DNA from: Octopus vulgaris
Taxonomy: Eukaryota
Length of the DNA: 64,000 nt
Reading direction: 5' to 3'
Assembly: GCA_951406725.2 (NCBI GenBank)
Contig: OX597818.1
Location: 122,388,001-122,452,000 of the forward strand
Below the pieces are notes generated by a model, which worked only from the letters and a program-made list of their open reading frames with translations, was not told the origin of the DNA and ran no database searches. This document shows positions 1 to 13,429 of the stretch, piece after piece (the stretch's first letter is position 1; each line of letters begins with the position of its first letter). A program made the position numbers and the translations under genes.

Positions 1-353
1 CGAACATGGACACACGGATACACATAGAAACACACACAAACACATACATATTTATATATATACACACATGTATATATGCATATATATATATATAGTATAC
101 ATGATTTTATATATACATATACATATATACATAGTATGCATGCTTCTGTATATATGCATATATATACATATATACACACTATATATCCATATATACATAC
201 ATATATCCATATATACACACTATATATCCATATATATACATTTTATATATACATATACATATATACATTGTATGCATGCTTCTGTATATATGCATATATA
301 TACATATATACACACTATATATCCATATATACATACATAGACACCCATGCAGG

Positions 354-392
<39 letters not shown>

Positions 393-885
393 ACACGCCT
401 ATGTCTTTAACTCTGTCTCTATCTTTCTATTTATCGCGTATCTAATTATCTATCTATTTCTATCAGGTTCTCTTGTCATCGCACAGATGAACTAGTAAGA
501 GTGCTGAGAGCTTATCTCCTGCTTTCTTCCCCAGATATATAAATGTCGTCATCATGAACACTTGCTCTCGTGGTGGAAGAAAACAACATTTATGGTACAT
601 TAAACTATGATATCGACAACACCTATACACATCGAAATGGAGCATTCCAATGGCACCAAATTTCCCTTCCTCTTTCTCTCTCTCTCTCTCTCTCTCTCCA
701 TCTCTATTTCTTCCTCTCTTTCCCTCCTGCTATTTCCTTCTCTTATTTGCTTTCTCTCTCACACACAGTCACACTGTTAGATTTCTTACCGAAAATCAGA
801 AAGGAGGCATCGTTACTAAGAAACAGCAAGAAAGCTATTCGGCCTTATCGAAAAAAACCTTATCGAAAGTAGTCTGGGGCAAAGA

Positions 886-1193
886 GTAAAGACCCTCTTC
901 GGTCATGAATGACCATGAGATTTTATCTAGAAAGTTCCCCTTCAAGGCACAAGTTATGGAAGAGCAGCAGCCGCCCATGCACACCAGCTTGCCCTCTCCA
1001 AGTGAAAGACAATGGCCGATACAGTATGGCGCCAATGACATAGGAACTGATTTCTAGAGCTGAGTGAAATGTAGCAACGTGAAATAAAGTGTCTTGCTCA
1101 AGAACACATACACACAGCCCGGTCCGCGAATCAAACTCACAGCCACACGATTGCGAGCTCGGCGCTCTAAACACTGAGTCATGTGCCTTCACA
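886..1193 (-). mobile_element. tRNA-derived SINE family A (CORE-like central domain), diverged copy
   Basis: Reverse complement of the 13085-13429 copy, with A/B boxes and the ttcttgagcaagacactttatttcacgttgct central block. Confidence 0.85.
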
Positions 1194-1270
1194 TACGTAA
1201 TAGACCACATAGACTAATATATGTGATGTTTCTACACAGACATCACTGTTCGCAAAGCGTTAATCTACAA

Positions 1271-1505
1271 CAGTAATTCTCAACCATTCGTTGTCCCTTT
1301 GATTTCTATTTCAATCTACTGGACCTCCATAGCCATTCACTGTAAATAAAAAGGAATCTTACTGTATTTTTGTAATTAAATATTATTAGAAATCCTATAG
1401 AAATTTAAATTATTTTGTTTATTGTAGAAAATTGCAGATAAATTATTTCAACAAAATCTCATATGGATCACCAAGGGCTATATGAACACCGCTTGAGAAC
1501 CCTTA
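1271..1505. mobile_element. Decayed hAT/Charlie-like MITE
   Basis: Imperfect terminal inverted repeats cagtaattctcaacc ... gcttgagaaccct resembling CAGTGGTTCTCAA-type hAT ends. Confidence 0.5.
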
Positions 1506-2177
1506 GGGTAGAAACATATAACTATGAATATGCTTCATCTGTTAGAAAATATTACTTGCGGCATATAATTAACAGAAGAAAAATATTCGAAGTGAATGAT
1601 TAGAAGCGTAATTTTTATGGAAAAAGAAATCAATTCTATAATCAACAAAAGACATTAGTTGTGAGACGCTACCGATCTGAATACGTCGTTGCGGACACAG
1701 CTCGTCATGTCAATGTAGATGCTAAGCTAATGTTAGTCTCAATGCTCTCTCCATAAGGATGGGAGTTCAAGCCGGACATGGTTTAGAGTACATTTTACCG
1801 ACCCTAGTAGTAGAGAAATTTGCCAACCCATTCCTTGAATATAACATAGATTCGACTAGAGCAAACATGCATATATATATATATATAGTGACTGCCTTGA
1901 GCAGCTTGCACGACCCGCGCATCCTACTCTGCGTCATTGAAACCTGAATAAGTTGGGTTACATTGTTTGTAAACGTGTGTTTAGATATATATTTTGATCG
2001 TTTATTTAAAACGCATATTGTTGATTGTTTATTTCAAACTTATATTAATAAAACACTTTACAGTGAAATTTTGTTGTTGTTTCATTTAAAGTAAGCCATA
2101 CACACACAGCTAACTACGTAGTGACATACATAGATATGTATGCATACATACACATACACAATGACGCACACACATGA

Positions 2178-2229
<52 letters not shown>

Positions 2230-2251
2230 GACTCTATGTATGCATGTATTA

Positions 2252-2328
<77 letters not shown>

Positions 2329-2339
2329 AGTGCGTTGTA

Positions 2340-3229
2340 GTCCGCTTGAAGCATTGTAGTATCGAAGAAGGAAGAGAAAGGCAAAATAAGAAGGCTTTTA
2401 TAATGCAGGAAGTTTCATAATATCTTTTATATTTCAGGTGCAAATGTCCATCGTCAGAAGCAAGGAGTCAAGGAAATATCCAGTTACACCGATTCCGTTA
2501 TCTTACTCAAAACCCTCAGCGTTAGGTTAGCAGCAGTATGAGCCACTTTGGAACTGTTGATGTAAGCAACTCTCCAACTGTTGGTTAAGCGAACGCCCAA
2601 CTGTTGATGTAGGTGACTCACCAACTGTTGATTGATGTGACGAGTTAGCAGCAGTAGTAGTAACACTCTGACTATTAGCTGATGCGATATATAGTCACGT
2701 GGTGGTGGTGGTAGCGTATATTATGATGTTATCATGATATCTTTGTAGGAGACACTGGCTCCACTCTGAGCAACTGTTAATTTCCGTAGTGAATCAATAT
2801 AGCTTCTTTTATACGTAAATTTCCAATGTTCCTCTCCGAGGCCTATATAGAGGCATCTATCGCTTTGGTGGTATTGCTGTAACTTGTCAATTACTTGCGG
2901 AAAGAAGACGCATTGGTAGTGAGATACTTGTTCATTCGGACGTGCAGTGGTCGTACTGAGCTACAGACGGGGCAGTTCGCCAGTGTGCAGTTCGTACGTG
3001 ACCACCTCGTTGGTACGAAGGGACTGTCTTGAATGGGCCAGTAGGATATCGAGTGCTTCTTTGCGGATAGCCAAGGCGTTTCAGTAAGTTCACGGAATCG
3101 GTGTAACAGGACATTTCCTAGACTGCTTCCTTCTGAGTAAAGGCTTCTGCGTCTGAAATATAAAGTTTTTGTAAAACTTCCTGCATTATTAGAGGCTTTC
3201 TTATTTTCCCTTTTCCTTTCCTTCTTCAC

Positions 3230-3230
<1 letters not shown>
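2340..3230 (-). mobile_element. 5'-truncated Penelope-like element: GIY-YIG endonuclease remnant plus inverted pseudo-LTR copies
   Basis: Minus-strand frameshifted peptides VVTYELH.., SVRPLHVRMNKYL and ASERNIGNLRIKEAILIH (about 2780-3010); 2365-2465 and 3130-3228 are inverted copies; flanked by CA/TA microsatellites. Confidence 0.7.
2424..2460 (-). ncRNA. Degenerate minimal hammerhead ribozyme motif in the PLE pseudo-LTR
   Basis: Minus strand ctt CTGACGA tggacatttgcacct GAAA ta ta aaag; stem II poorly paired. Confidence 0.4.
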
Positions 3231-3307
<77 letters not shown>

Positions 3308-3645
3308 GGGGTACTCCAAACCATTCAGTTCAAACATTACAACAAAAACGGATTTTAAATGAGACTTCGCTAATAAATAGACGAATGTTGAAAAAAAACG
3401 TGATTTTAACCCACAACATTCAATTATAAAACATTCATAATTAGAATGAATAAATAAAATTGAATATTAAGTATTTATTGAAATTTGATTTTCTGTCGGA
3501 TGATTTTGACCATCCCTTATATATATGTGCGTGTGTATGTGAAGGCGCATTGCACAGTGGTTAGAACACCGGGCTTAGAATGCTGGACAGATACCAGCAC
3601 TCTACACAGACACACACACACACGCACACATACACTTATATATAT

Positions 3646-3696
<51 letters not shown>

Positions 3697-3854
3697 ATAC
3701 GTATTTAGTTAACACAAATGCATATATGGATATAATGAAAGTGTAGCAAAGTAAAAGGCGGTGCCCTCATAATGGCTGCAGCCCTCGGTCTATAACTAGA
3801 AAAGGGGGAAAAACAGACAATATATATATATATATATATAGATTTGATATTTAT

Positions 3855-4005
3855 AGAAAAGCAAAAGATGAAGACAGGTGTATTCGTTTGACGCTCGGGA
3901 AAATGAAAAAGTCGTTTACGTTTCGAGCCTGTGCTCTTCAATAGAAGGGAACAAGAGGAAATAAGCAGAGAGAGAATAGAAAAAGTCTTGTAAATTTAGC
4001 GTTAC
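3855..4005 (-). mobile_element. Short PLE pseudo-LTR-like repeat with degenerate HHR (3915-3947)
   Basis: Minus strand CTATTGA A GAGC acag GCTC GAAAC GTA aa; related to the copies near 18525 and 35690; beside (TA)n. Confidence 0.5.
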
Positions 4006-4543
4006 AATACATATATTTGGTTCCGCAATACCTAAGCAGAATATCTGTAAATATATATGATTCATACGTATATATTTATATAGATGGTTAAATATATCTA
4101 TGCACGTAAGTGTATCTTATAGCATGTTTGTACACATATATCAGGATTGATAATTTAAACTAAGCAAACATATAGCAGTGGTCAGATATCCGTAAAAGGG
4201 CAAAATTCGAACAAAAGATGTTGGGGAAGCAGGATCAGTAATTATTGCACAATGATTCATCAATGAGTCACAGGCGTAGCTTTGCTGTCTGACACGCTCA
4301 GCAGATACACACTCCGATTCAGAGAATTGCATCTAGAAAGAATATCATTGCATCAGTGGCCATCGATCCACAATCAAACATGCTTGCCTTCGTCCATTTG
4401 TATGTATGTATATGTGTGTGTGTATATGTATATATATGTGTGTATAAATGTATGTGTTTATGTGTATGTATGCATCTCTGCGTAACTGTGTATATATACG
4501 TGTGTATATATGTATATATTCTTTTATAAGTACGTATTCATTT

Positions 4544-4591
<48 letters not shown>

Positions 4592-4844
4592 TAACCCACA
4601 TATACACATCACCATATATAAAAACATACGTTATTTCGAAATGCTGGGTCTGTATTAACGTGTACATGCATGCACAATGTTTTCGTGTACAATAAGTACA
4701 TATACTGCACAAATATATATTGCACACATTTATACATACATAGATACATATATACATACCTACCTACCTACATACATACATATATAATACATACATACAT
4801 ACATATATGTATATATATGTGCGTGTATATGCACATACAAGTGG

Positions 4845-4908
<64 letters not shown>

Positions 4909-4964
4909 TATAGATAGATAAGGATGCACAGATATGTATATACACACACATATGTTTAATCGCA

Positions 4965-4996
<32 letters not shown>

Positions 4997-5626
4997 TTAT
5001 GTATGTATACACTCACACACACACACATAAATTCATAAAAATTATTTTGAATTCAAATGTCACACGACCAGTCTTGAGAGTTTCATTTGCGACTAAACCT
5101 ATGTGTGCGTGTGTATATACATTTCTGTGTATCTTTATCTATCTGTCTCTCTATTTATCTATCTATCTATCTATGACTTATTCTTTTTAGAAATATGACT
5201 CTATATTTGACCACACAATTGAATATAAATGGTCGTATTTAAGCTGTTATAGTATATTGCTGTAAGATATACAGAACGCTATTCGGAAAATATACATCTT
5301 CCGCCGCTAATAGCGAATTTTTACCCTAAACGCCACCAATGTGTGATATCAGTGGTTCGTTATTGAATGTGTTCCAATATCAGTAGAGGCTAAATTGATT
5401 TAGGCATGCTGTTGATAGTGGAGATATGCTATTGACGACATTCAGAGACAAAAAGATCCAGATTGAGCAATTCTACTATTGTTGCTGGACACTTTTCTGC
5501 TGCTAGTCATACACATCCGTCCATGTCGAATATATGCAGAAAGCTATTCTGAACCAATATATATATCCATACTAGGATAATTCATTCAACTACTTAAATA
5601 TATATATTATATGTATATATATATAT

Positions 5627-6138
5627 ATCGTGACGTATATTTGCCATTTCAATATGGCTACCCCTAAGGGTGGATGCTACTGTAGTTTTTAGCCCCAGGA
5701 GGACACACTCCACCATCTGGCCATAGACACACTTTCTGTGTCCTGTCAGTATTTGCAAAGGGAAGTCATCCTTCCCGTCTTCAACTTATGATACACACGG
5801 ACTCGAGTTTCGAGGTATTGACCTCTCGTCAGCGTGTGACAATCATAGTTGTCGGCGAGAATTAGATTCCTTCACAAATACTTATACTTTTTCCAGCGTC
5901 CACTGTCGCTGATATATCGGGAAGTATATTTGTCACTTAAATGTATCTAACCCCTAAGGGTGGATGCTACTGTAGCTTATAGCCCCAGGAACACCCCTCC
6001 TCCAGCTGGCTATTGTCACACTCTCTGTGCCTTATCAGTATTTGCAAAGTGAAGCCATCATTCCCGCATTCAACCTATGATACACACGGACTCGAGTTTC
6101 TCGGTAGCCACATTTAATTGCCGAATATACTTCACGAT
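5627..6138 (-). mobile_element. Non-autonomous PLE/retrozyme-like element: 290-bp partial tandem with inverted terminus
   Basis: Direct repeat of about 189 bp (5623-5811 vs 5912-6100); 6103-6138 is an inverted copy of 5627-5662; contains an intact HHR; the same terminus recurs at about 32858-32893 in (TA)n. Confidence 0.8.
5794..5838 (-). ncRNA. Type I hammerhead ribozyme, canonical core
   Basis: Minus strand CACACG-CTGACGA-GAGGT caat ACCTC-GAA-ACTCGAGT-C-CGTGTG: 6-bp stem I, 5-bp stem II, palindromic stem III, GUC cleavage triplet. Confidence 0.92.
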
Positions 6139-6177
6139 GTGTTGCAGCTACTGTTTATACCACGCCCAGAGATTTAT

Positions 6178-6215
<38 letters not shown>

Positions 6216-6387
6216 GTAGTTATACCTGAGATAATACTTGGAATATATGTAGAGCAGTAGGCTATATACTTTTTATAATAGGAATTGAAAATAAAGTTGC
6301 TTATAGTGGCTCACCAGTTTCCTTTTAGTCGAGATTCATCTTTGCTTTTATGAAATTGGTCAGGCACTGTTATAACAATTTCTTCAA

Positions 6388-6474
<87 letters not shown>

Positions 6475-6517
6475 ATATCTATCTATCTATCTATCTCTAT
6501 CTATCTATCTATCTATA

Positions 6518-6586
<69 letters not shown>

Positions 6587-6606
6587 GTCTGCCTGTCTGT
6601 CTGTCT
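6388..6606. repeat. (TATC)n microsatellite, representative of many in the window
   Basis: Direct reading; source of the SIYL-type ORF artefacts. Confidence 0.98.
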
Positions 6607-6665
6607 ATTTATGTGTGCATATATATGTGTGTGTGTGTGTACACACATACACACACACACGTATA

Positions 6666-6947
6666 GTGAAAGCGCATACCTCACTGGTTAGAGCATCAGG
6701 CTCACAATCATGAGGTAATAAGTTCGATTCCCGTTGCTCAGCTGTAGAAACGAGTCGCGACGTTACTGGTGCCAAGTTGTATCGCCCTTTGCCTTTCTCT
6801 TTGATAACATCGGTGGCAAAGAGAGGGTAAGTTGATGTGCATAGGTGATTGCTGGTCACCCATAAACAACCGTGCCCGGACTTGTGCTTCAGGATGTAAC
6901 TTTATAGGTACAATCCTATGATGATTCGTGATCGAAGGGATACTTTA
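6666..6947 (+). mobile_element. SINE family A, internally deleted copy
   Basis: tRNA head and 3' tail match 13085-13429; part of the central domain is missing. Confidence 0.8.
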
Positions 6948-7267
6948 TATATATATATGACTGCCTTGTGCTATGTTCTGATGGCGCTTGATCAGAAATG
7001 CAAAGGGTGAGTTCTAGCATTTTCAAATTTGTAATTCTCGAAATATTATGTTGACAAAGGAAATGAATTTTTATAATTCTAATCCAGAAACGCGTCCATA
7101 ATTAATCGAAGACTGTTTGATTTCATTATTTTCTTCTTGTTACCTATGTGAGTTACAAATATTGTTATCTGTGGAGACATATTTTGTAGGAAAAATAAAT
7201 AACGGTTTTTTGGCTGTTTTTTGGCTGTTATTTCGGTATGTGGTGAAGCAACTTGTTGCTAAACCCG

Positions 7268-7346
<79 letters not shown>

Positions 7347-7351
7347 GTATG

Positions 7352-7402
<51 letters not shown>

Positions 7403-7976
7403 GTATGTATTATGTATGTATGTATATATATATATATATATATGCACACACGCACACGCTCTCTCTGATAAGTTTCCATTTGTGTACTAAATGCAATGCG
7501 AAATACAGAGAGAAAGAAATGGGGGTATTTATAGGTTTTATCTTTCCAGAATAATGCTTCACCGTTTGCAGCCTTATTTCTATACTAAACAGAGGAAGCA
7601 ACGACTATCCACAATTGAAACACGTATCCACTAATGACTTGACAAGCTTTAGAAGTGTTGAGAAAAATGAATGCCAATTAATATTCTTCATATATAAAAG
7701 TAAATAATTTGATATTACTTCGTGTTGTCAATGCTTGTTTATAATGTGAAAGAAAACCAGGCATTTCATTTCTTTTTTCGTTTTTCTTCTTTCTCTATTC
7801 GCCTTTGGTGATTATTAGAAGTAATTTGCTGAAATCTGCATGTGGCAAGTTACTAAGTAAATTCTTTATAACCGACATGATGAAACTGTAGAGTCAATTT
7901 TACTTTTCAAAACAACGTTTGCTAACATATACTGCAATATACATACATACACGCACACACACACATGTGTGTGTAT

Positions 7977-8140
<164 letters not shown>

Positions 8141-8782
8141 TATATGAGTGTATGTGTGTGGGTGTTTTTCTCTCTTTCTCTCTCTTTCTCTCTTCCTCTC
8201 TCTGTGTAAAAACACCGCGGGGGTAAAACTATAAGCAATGAAAACAAAATGAATTACGTGGAAGCGACATGTTTTCTAAAAACATTATTAGTTGCCTTCA
8301 GAACAATTTTGAATATTACTGACACATGAAATATCTCAACTACAACTCTAAGTTAATTATATGAAAATAAATATGCACTGTCTTCATCTTTGTTATATTG
8401 TATATGGACGGCTTTTGTTCCGATCAAACTTTTCTATGACGTGCTTGTGTTCGATCGATATTCACGCAAAGATTCTCAAAAGCCGTGAATATTTAACTGT
8501 GATCTAACGTTGACCCTTCGTGGTAGTTTTGCACTAGATGTTTCATATTATCACATTGAGTACAGTTCGAAATAATGGAAGAGTTTGAACTTAGATCTGC
8601 AAAACACCGGCCAACGACCACGCATAATGTCATTTATCTGCACTGTTTCCAACTGGCTGCCTTCATATCATATCTATTGTGTTTGGTTGGGTGAATTTCT
8701 TTAGGTTGCTATTAGTTTTGTAACGTTTATACATGCATATACACACAGCCTATGCACACACAAACACGGATAAACTCAACCT

Positions 8783-8866
8783 CACCCTACCCCTCACCAG
8801 AAGCCCCACCCTACCCCTCGCCAGAAACCCCACCCTACCCATCGCCAGAAACCCCACCCTACCCCC
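8783..8866. repeat. 24-bp minisatellite, about 3.5 units
   Basis: caccctacccctcgccagaaaccc repeated head-to-tail. Confidence 0.9.
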
Positions 8867-9011
8867 ATATATGTACATAGGATGTCTTATGTAAACCATG
8901 ATGATAATCCAATGACAAATCAAAAGGCTTATTCCATGGCGTAAGAAATCCAAGAATCAGGGTGCAACATTTATCGTATATGTCTGTCTGTCTACCACTC
9001 TGTCTATCAAC

Positions 9012-9063
<52 letters not shown>

Positions 9064-9765
9064 ATATGATCAATACATGTAACAAAGATTTGCTGTCTTT
9101 CATTTAGGTGCAGCCGTCGGTGTAAATTTTGAAGAAAGAACATTTTATTCTGTCAATAAAATTGTCTTATACGTTTTCGTTGACATTCGTTTTCGTTTAA
9201 TATAATAAACATCATTGGTTTTTCCGCTTCACTGCGAATGTCAGTAAGTATAATACCTGCAACCCAGAGTTATATTATTAAAAGGGGATTTCCATCGTGA
9301 TGACACGGCTTTACTAAGTGAACTCATGAGTTATTGTTCTATTTGTGGTATATTGTGGTATAAATGTCCTATATTTGGAAGCAGAGAATCTAATTCAGAT
9401 TGTTTATTGATAATTCTTTATTTATATATCCTTTTGTTTTGGACTACCATTCCGATTTTGTTATTGTTACAGTTAAATATGTACCATATTTAAAGAGCAC
9501 TTGTTGATAGGCAAGTTATAATATTTGCCCTGAGATAATATTTTATTGAACTTGCTGTGTTAAACACATACACACACACATTCACACATACATACACATA
9601 CACATACACATACATACACACACAGTCACACACACTCACACACACATACACACAAATTCAGGCAGAGATGAACATCCGACACAGTAGCGGCCTGCGAAAA
9701 TATCAGATGCATTTTAGCTTGCTTTTGGGCGCTGCACTACGGCGTGATGCAGCTAGCCATATGCC

Positions 9766-9886
9766 TAGACAAGAATTTGCCCTCTCTGGATAAAATGGAA
9801 TAAAATATTCTTTGATATTGCAAATAGACAAGAATTTGCCCTCTCTGGATAAAAGGGATTAAAATATTCTCTGATATTGCAAATAG
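9766..9886. repeat. 59-bp tandem duplication
   Basis: tagacaagaatttgccctctctggataaaa...gatattgcaaa twice (9766 and 9825). Confidence 0.92.
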
Positions 9887-10307
9887 CCGCGCGGCTGATT
9901 AAAAATCCGGAGTACGCAATTAAGGCAGTATTTAACTAAAATGTTAACCTATGTATCATGTTTAATGTATACACACTATCAATAGAACATTTACATTAGT
10001 GTTTGCTTAGAGATAACATCTCTTATAGAATTGGTGTGTTGAAAAAACAATATCAGGGAGAGAAATAAAATTTCAGCTCAGCAATGGTCAACAAGATGGC
10101 TAGATGCATTTCAGCCTCTTTGGTCTTTGTCGTCACCCTCAAACCAATAGATAAGTCCTGATCGTACAGTCTTTTAGTGAAAAGAACTTTTAGCTGAAGC
10201 TATTTTTTCTTATGACAGATACGTTGCCTGTTTAGGACCGCCACATTTAGTTTCCGTACTGCTACTGCTTATCTCTCGTTCAGAGATTTAATATAACTTA
10301 TCTCTCT

Positions 10308-10344
<37 letters not shown>

Positions 10345-10349
10345 CTACG

Positions 10350-10590
10350 CTTTAAAAGAACATCACAAAAACTGCTACTCAGAGTTTCGCGTTTCTTTTC
10401 GTTCGACAGTTGTGATCAAGAATCTTGATCACAACTGCCCGACGAACGGAAACGTGAAACTCAGAGTAGCATCCTTCTGATGCTTTTAGAGCTTTAATAA
10501 AATAAAAGAAAAAACAACATATTTCGCTACCTTTGGTATTGGAGTACTATTTACTCCTCCTTGCTTTGCATCTATGTGTTTACTCATCTA
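10350..10590 (+). mobile_element. Short PLE pseudo-LTR-like element with 5' inverted duplication
   Basis: Palindrome centred near 10422, then HHR, AATAAA and a tail homologous to 42801-42950. Confidence 0.75.
10436..10471 (+). ncRNA. Minimal hammerhead ribozyme with variant CCGACGA core
   Basis: TGC-CCGACGA-ACG gaaa CGT-GAAAC TC a GA GT-A-GCA; GUA triplet. Confidence 0.7.
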
Positions 10591-10900
10591 TACGCGCACG
10601 CACACACACACACACATTGACACGCACACAGACGTATGACATTATGTAACTAAATAAGGTAAAGTAATATCTATCTTTATAAACTTACAATCATGATTAT
10701 TTGAGAAGAGATTGGCAACAAAGGGAGATTATTTCTAGAGTCAAAGGATATGCAAATACAGCTCCTATTTCATTATGCCAACGACCGTCTAACGATACTG
10801 ACTAGTGCATCAGTTTTGCGGAGTTGCATCAAATGATTATGATCAACCGGATATCCAAGGATAATGCGATTATACTGCACTTATATATATATATAATTCT

Positions 10901-11127
10901 AGGTGAGCTGGCAGAAACGTTAGCACGCCGGGCCAAATGCGTAGCCGTATTTCGTGTGCCGTTACGCTCTGGGTTCAAAATTTCGCCGAGGTTGACTTTG
11001 CCTTTCATCCTTTCGGGGTTGATAAATTAAGTACCTGTTACGCACTGGGGTCGATGTAATCGACTTAATCCGTTTGTCTGTCCTTGCTTGTCCCCTGTGT
11101 TTAGCCCCTTGTGGGCAGTAAAGAAAT
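10901..11127 (+). mobile_element. tRNA-derived SINE family C (Meta-domain-like block)
   Basis: ggtgagctggcagaaacgttagc head and gactttgcctttcatcctttcgggg block; several copies in the window. Confidence 0.85.
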
Positions 11128-11204
11128 ATATATATATATATATATATATGTATGCCCATACACATCAATACATACATATATACATGTATACATGCATGCA
11201 TGTT

Positions 11205-11265
<61 letters not shown>

Positions 11266-11850
11266 TTAACTATCTACCTATCTAACTATCTACCTATATG
11301 TATGTAGATGTGTATATAAATACCGGACTCTTCCGTCGAAAACGACGTGTGAGTCTCCAGGGAAATGAGAGAGAAAAAATCCAACCAAATAGACAATCAA
11401 GAACACACAATTATTTTCCGTAGCATTCAACAATGTTTACAAATTATCCCCTTCAACTGGTGACTCCTCATGTAAATACTCAGGTCACCAAAATCAATAT
11501 GGATATGAGCATAAACATGACTTATTAAACCAGCTCGTAATCTACCTGCGAAATTGCAATATGGACAATGGTGGTTTCTGGGAAGACAGTTGTTCTCTTG
11601 GCTTCTTTTCCTGCTTTCCTGCCCGTGATCATGATGCTGTGACCTTTGTTATGTATTTATATGCGTACCTACCTTCACATATATACACATATATGTGTGG
11701 GGTAGTGTTATATCAATTCAACTCTATTATTTCTGCTATACATATTTGACCTTTCAATACCTAATAGATCGCCACTTCAAGTAATGGTTATATCATGGAA
11801 ACCGTCCTGACTTGATAATAGTGAAGTCGCTATGAATTAATAAAAGATAA

Positions 11851-12247
11851 AGGAGTGGCTGTGTGGTAAGTAGCTTATTTTCCAACCACATGGTTCTGGG
11901 TTCAATTCCACTGCGTGGCACCTTGGGCAAGTGTCTTCTACTATAGCCTCGGGCCGACCAATGCCTTGTGAGTGGATTTGGTAGACGGAAACTGAAAGAA
12001 GCCCGTCGTATATATGTATATGTATGTGTTTGTATGTCTGTGTTTGTACCCCTAGCATTGCTTGACAACCGATGCTGGTGTGTTTATGTCCCCGTTATTT
12101 AGCGGTTCGGCAAAAGAGACCGATAGAATAAGTACTGGGCTTACAAAAGAATAAGTCCCGGGATCGAGTTGCTCGATTAAAGGCGGTGCTCCAGCATGGC
12201 CGCAGTCAAATGACTGAAACAAGTAAAAGAGTAAAAGAGTAAAGAGT
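11851..12247 (+). mobile_element. tRNA-derived SINE family D, full length with internal microsatellite
   Basis: ggagtggctgtgtggtaag head, B box ggttcaattcc, tail (agtaaaag)n; at least six copies in the window. Confidence 0.88.
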
Positions 12248-12826
12248 ATATGGAGGCATATCTATACCGATTACCTGTGATTTTTAAAAGATTCTATAAT
12301 ATTTATTTCTTATCCAACCTCAATCATATTTGGGGTAGGGGAATACATGTTTATATAACCCTCTATTACTTGATTGGAAGATTATTTTATTCAACTTGGG
12401 AGAATGGATGTCGAATTTGGCATCGGATCCAAATGTGAAAGAGTCGCATTTGAATAAAATACAGCATTTTGTCTAATTATCGATTCTTCCAAACAACTAC
12501 CATTGGAAATTACATTGTTGATTATATAATTCCAGGAGTAACGTTTGACCAATTCAAGAGGATTGCGCTTTCATTATTCACTTGTCTGCAAACATTCAAG
12601 CGGCTTTGTATAATTGCAAGCCAAATGAAGTATTGCCAATACACACAATAAAGTGTATGTCCCTTGATGATGTCTTTAGTATTGTTTGATAAATAAGCTG
12701 TGATAAATGAGCTGAAGAAACTGATACGTCGATTTTCAAACCAAACTGTCCATGATTCTGTTCATTACTCTACAGCAGAATATTTTTGGATACATTTATG
12801 CATTCACAAACCCTGATACATTGGTC

Positions 12827-13026
12827 GCTCTAATGCTGTAGTTAACGCACATGGATATCGCACATGTACACTAACAGGGACCTGTATTGTCCGAAAAATG
12901 CTGATCGAGAATTTTAAAAATGCCGATCGAAAATTTAAGAATTCTCGATCGGCATTTTTCGGATAATTAAGGTCCCTGTTAGTGTTTACATGCGAGATTC
13001 ATGTGCGTTAACTAGAACATTAGAGC
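12827..13026. mobile_element. 200-bp foldback palindrome (MITE-like)
   Basis: gctctaatgctgtagttaacgcacatg...cagggacc and ggtccctg...catgtgcgttaactagaacattagagc form arms of about 90 bp. Confidence 0.75.
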
Positions 13027-13084
13027 ACTTTAGTTCTTATGTCTAGCAATATAGGTGTTTCCTAGAACCATAGTCACATTCAGT

Positions 13085-13429
13085 TGTGAAGGCGCATGGC
13101 TCAGTGGTTAGAGCGTCCAGCTTACGATCGTGAGGTTGTGAGCTCGAATCCCGGATCGGGCTGCGTGTTGTGTTCTTGAGCAAGGCACTTTATTTCACGT
13201 TGCTCCAGTTCACTCAGCTGTAGAAATGAGTTGCGACGTCACTGGTGCCAAGCTGTATCGGCCCCTTTGCCTTTCCCTTGGATAACACTGGTGGCGTGGA
13301 GAGGGGAGACCGGTATGCATGGGCGACTGCTGGTCTTCCATAAACAACCTTGGCCGGACTTGTGTCTAGGAGGGTAACTTTCTAGGTGCAATCCCATGGT
13401 CATTCATGACCGAAGGGGGTCTTTACCCT
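13085..13429 (+). mobile_element. SINE family A, full-length reference copy
   Basis: A box tggctcagtgg, B-box-like gctcgaatcc, CORE-like block, tail ending before (TA)n. Confidence 0.9.

Noticed and set aside
463-655. Possible exon or Tc1-like SSPD motif after a ctatcag acceptor
   Set aside because: Stops nearby and no convincing motif chain
1886-2126. Solo-LTR-like segment with AATAAA and a CA end
   Set aside because: No second copy, TSD, PBS or PPT visible
8783-8866. Short regular repeats as a CRISPR-like array
   Set aside because: Head-to-tail with no spacers, eukaryotic context, no cas genes
12725-12752. Minus-strand VWFENRR, homeobox helix 3-like
   Set aside because: Stop codon just upstream, no polypyrimidine acceptor, and following residues are not homeodomain-like
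13085-13160. tRNA genes at SINE heads (also 47152-47217, 57471, 61711)
   Set aside because: Acceptor stems do not close and each continues into a repeated body, so they are SINE heads
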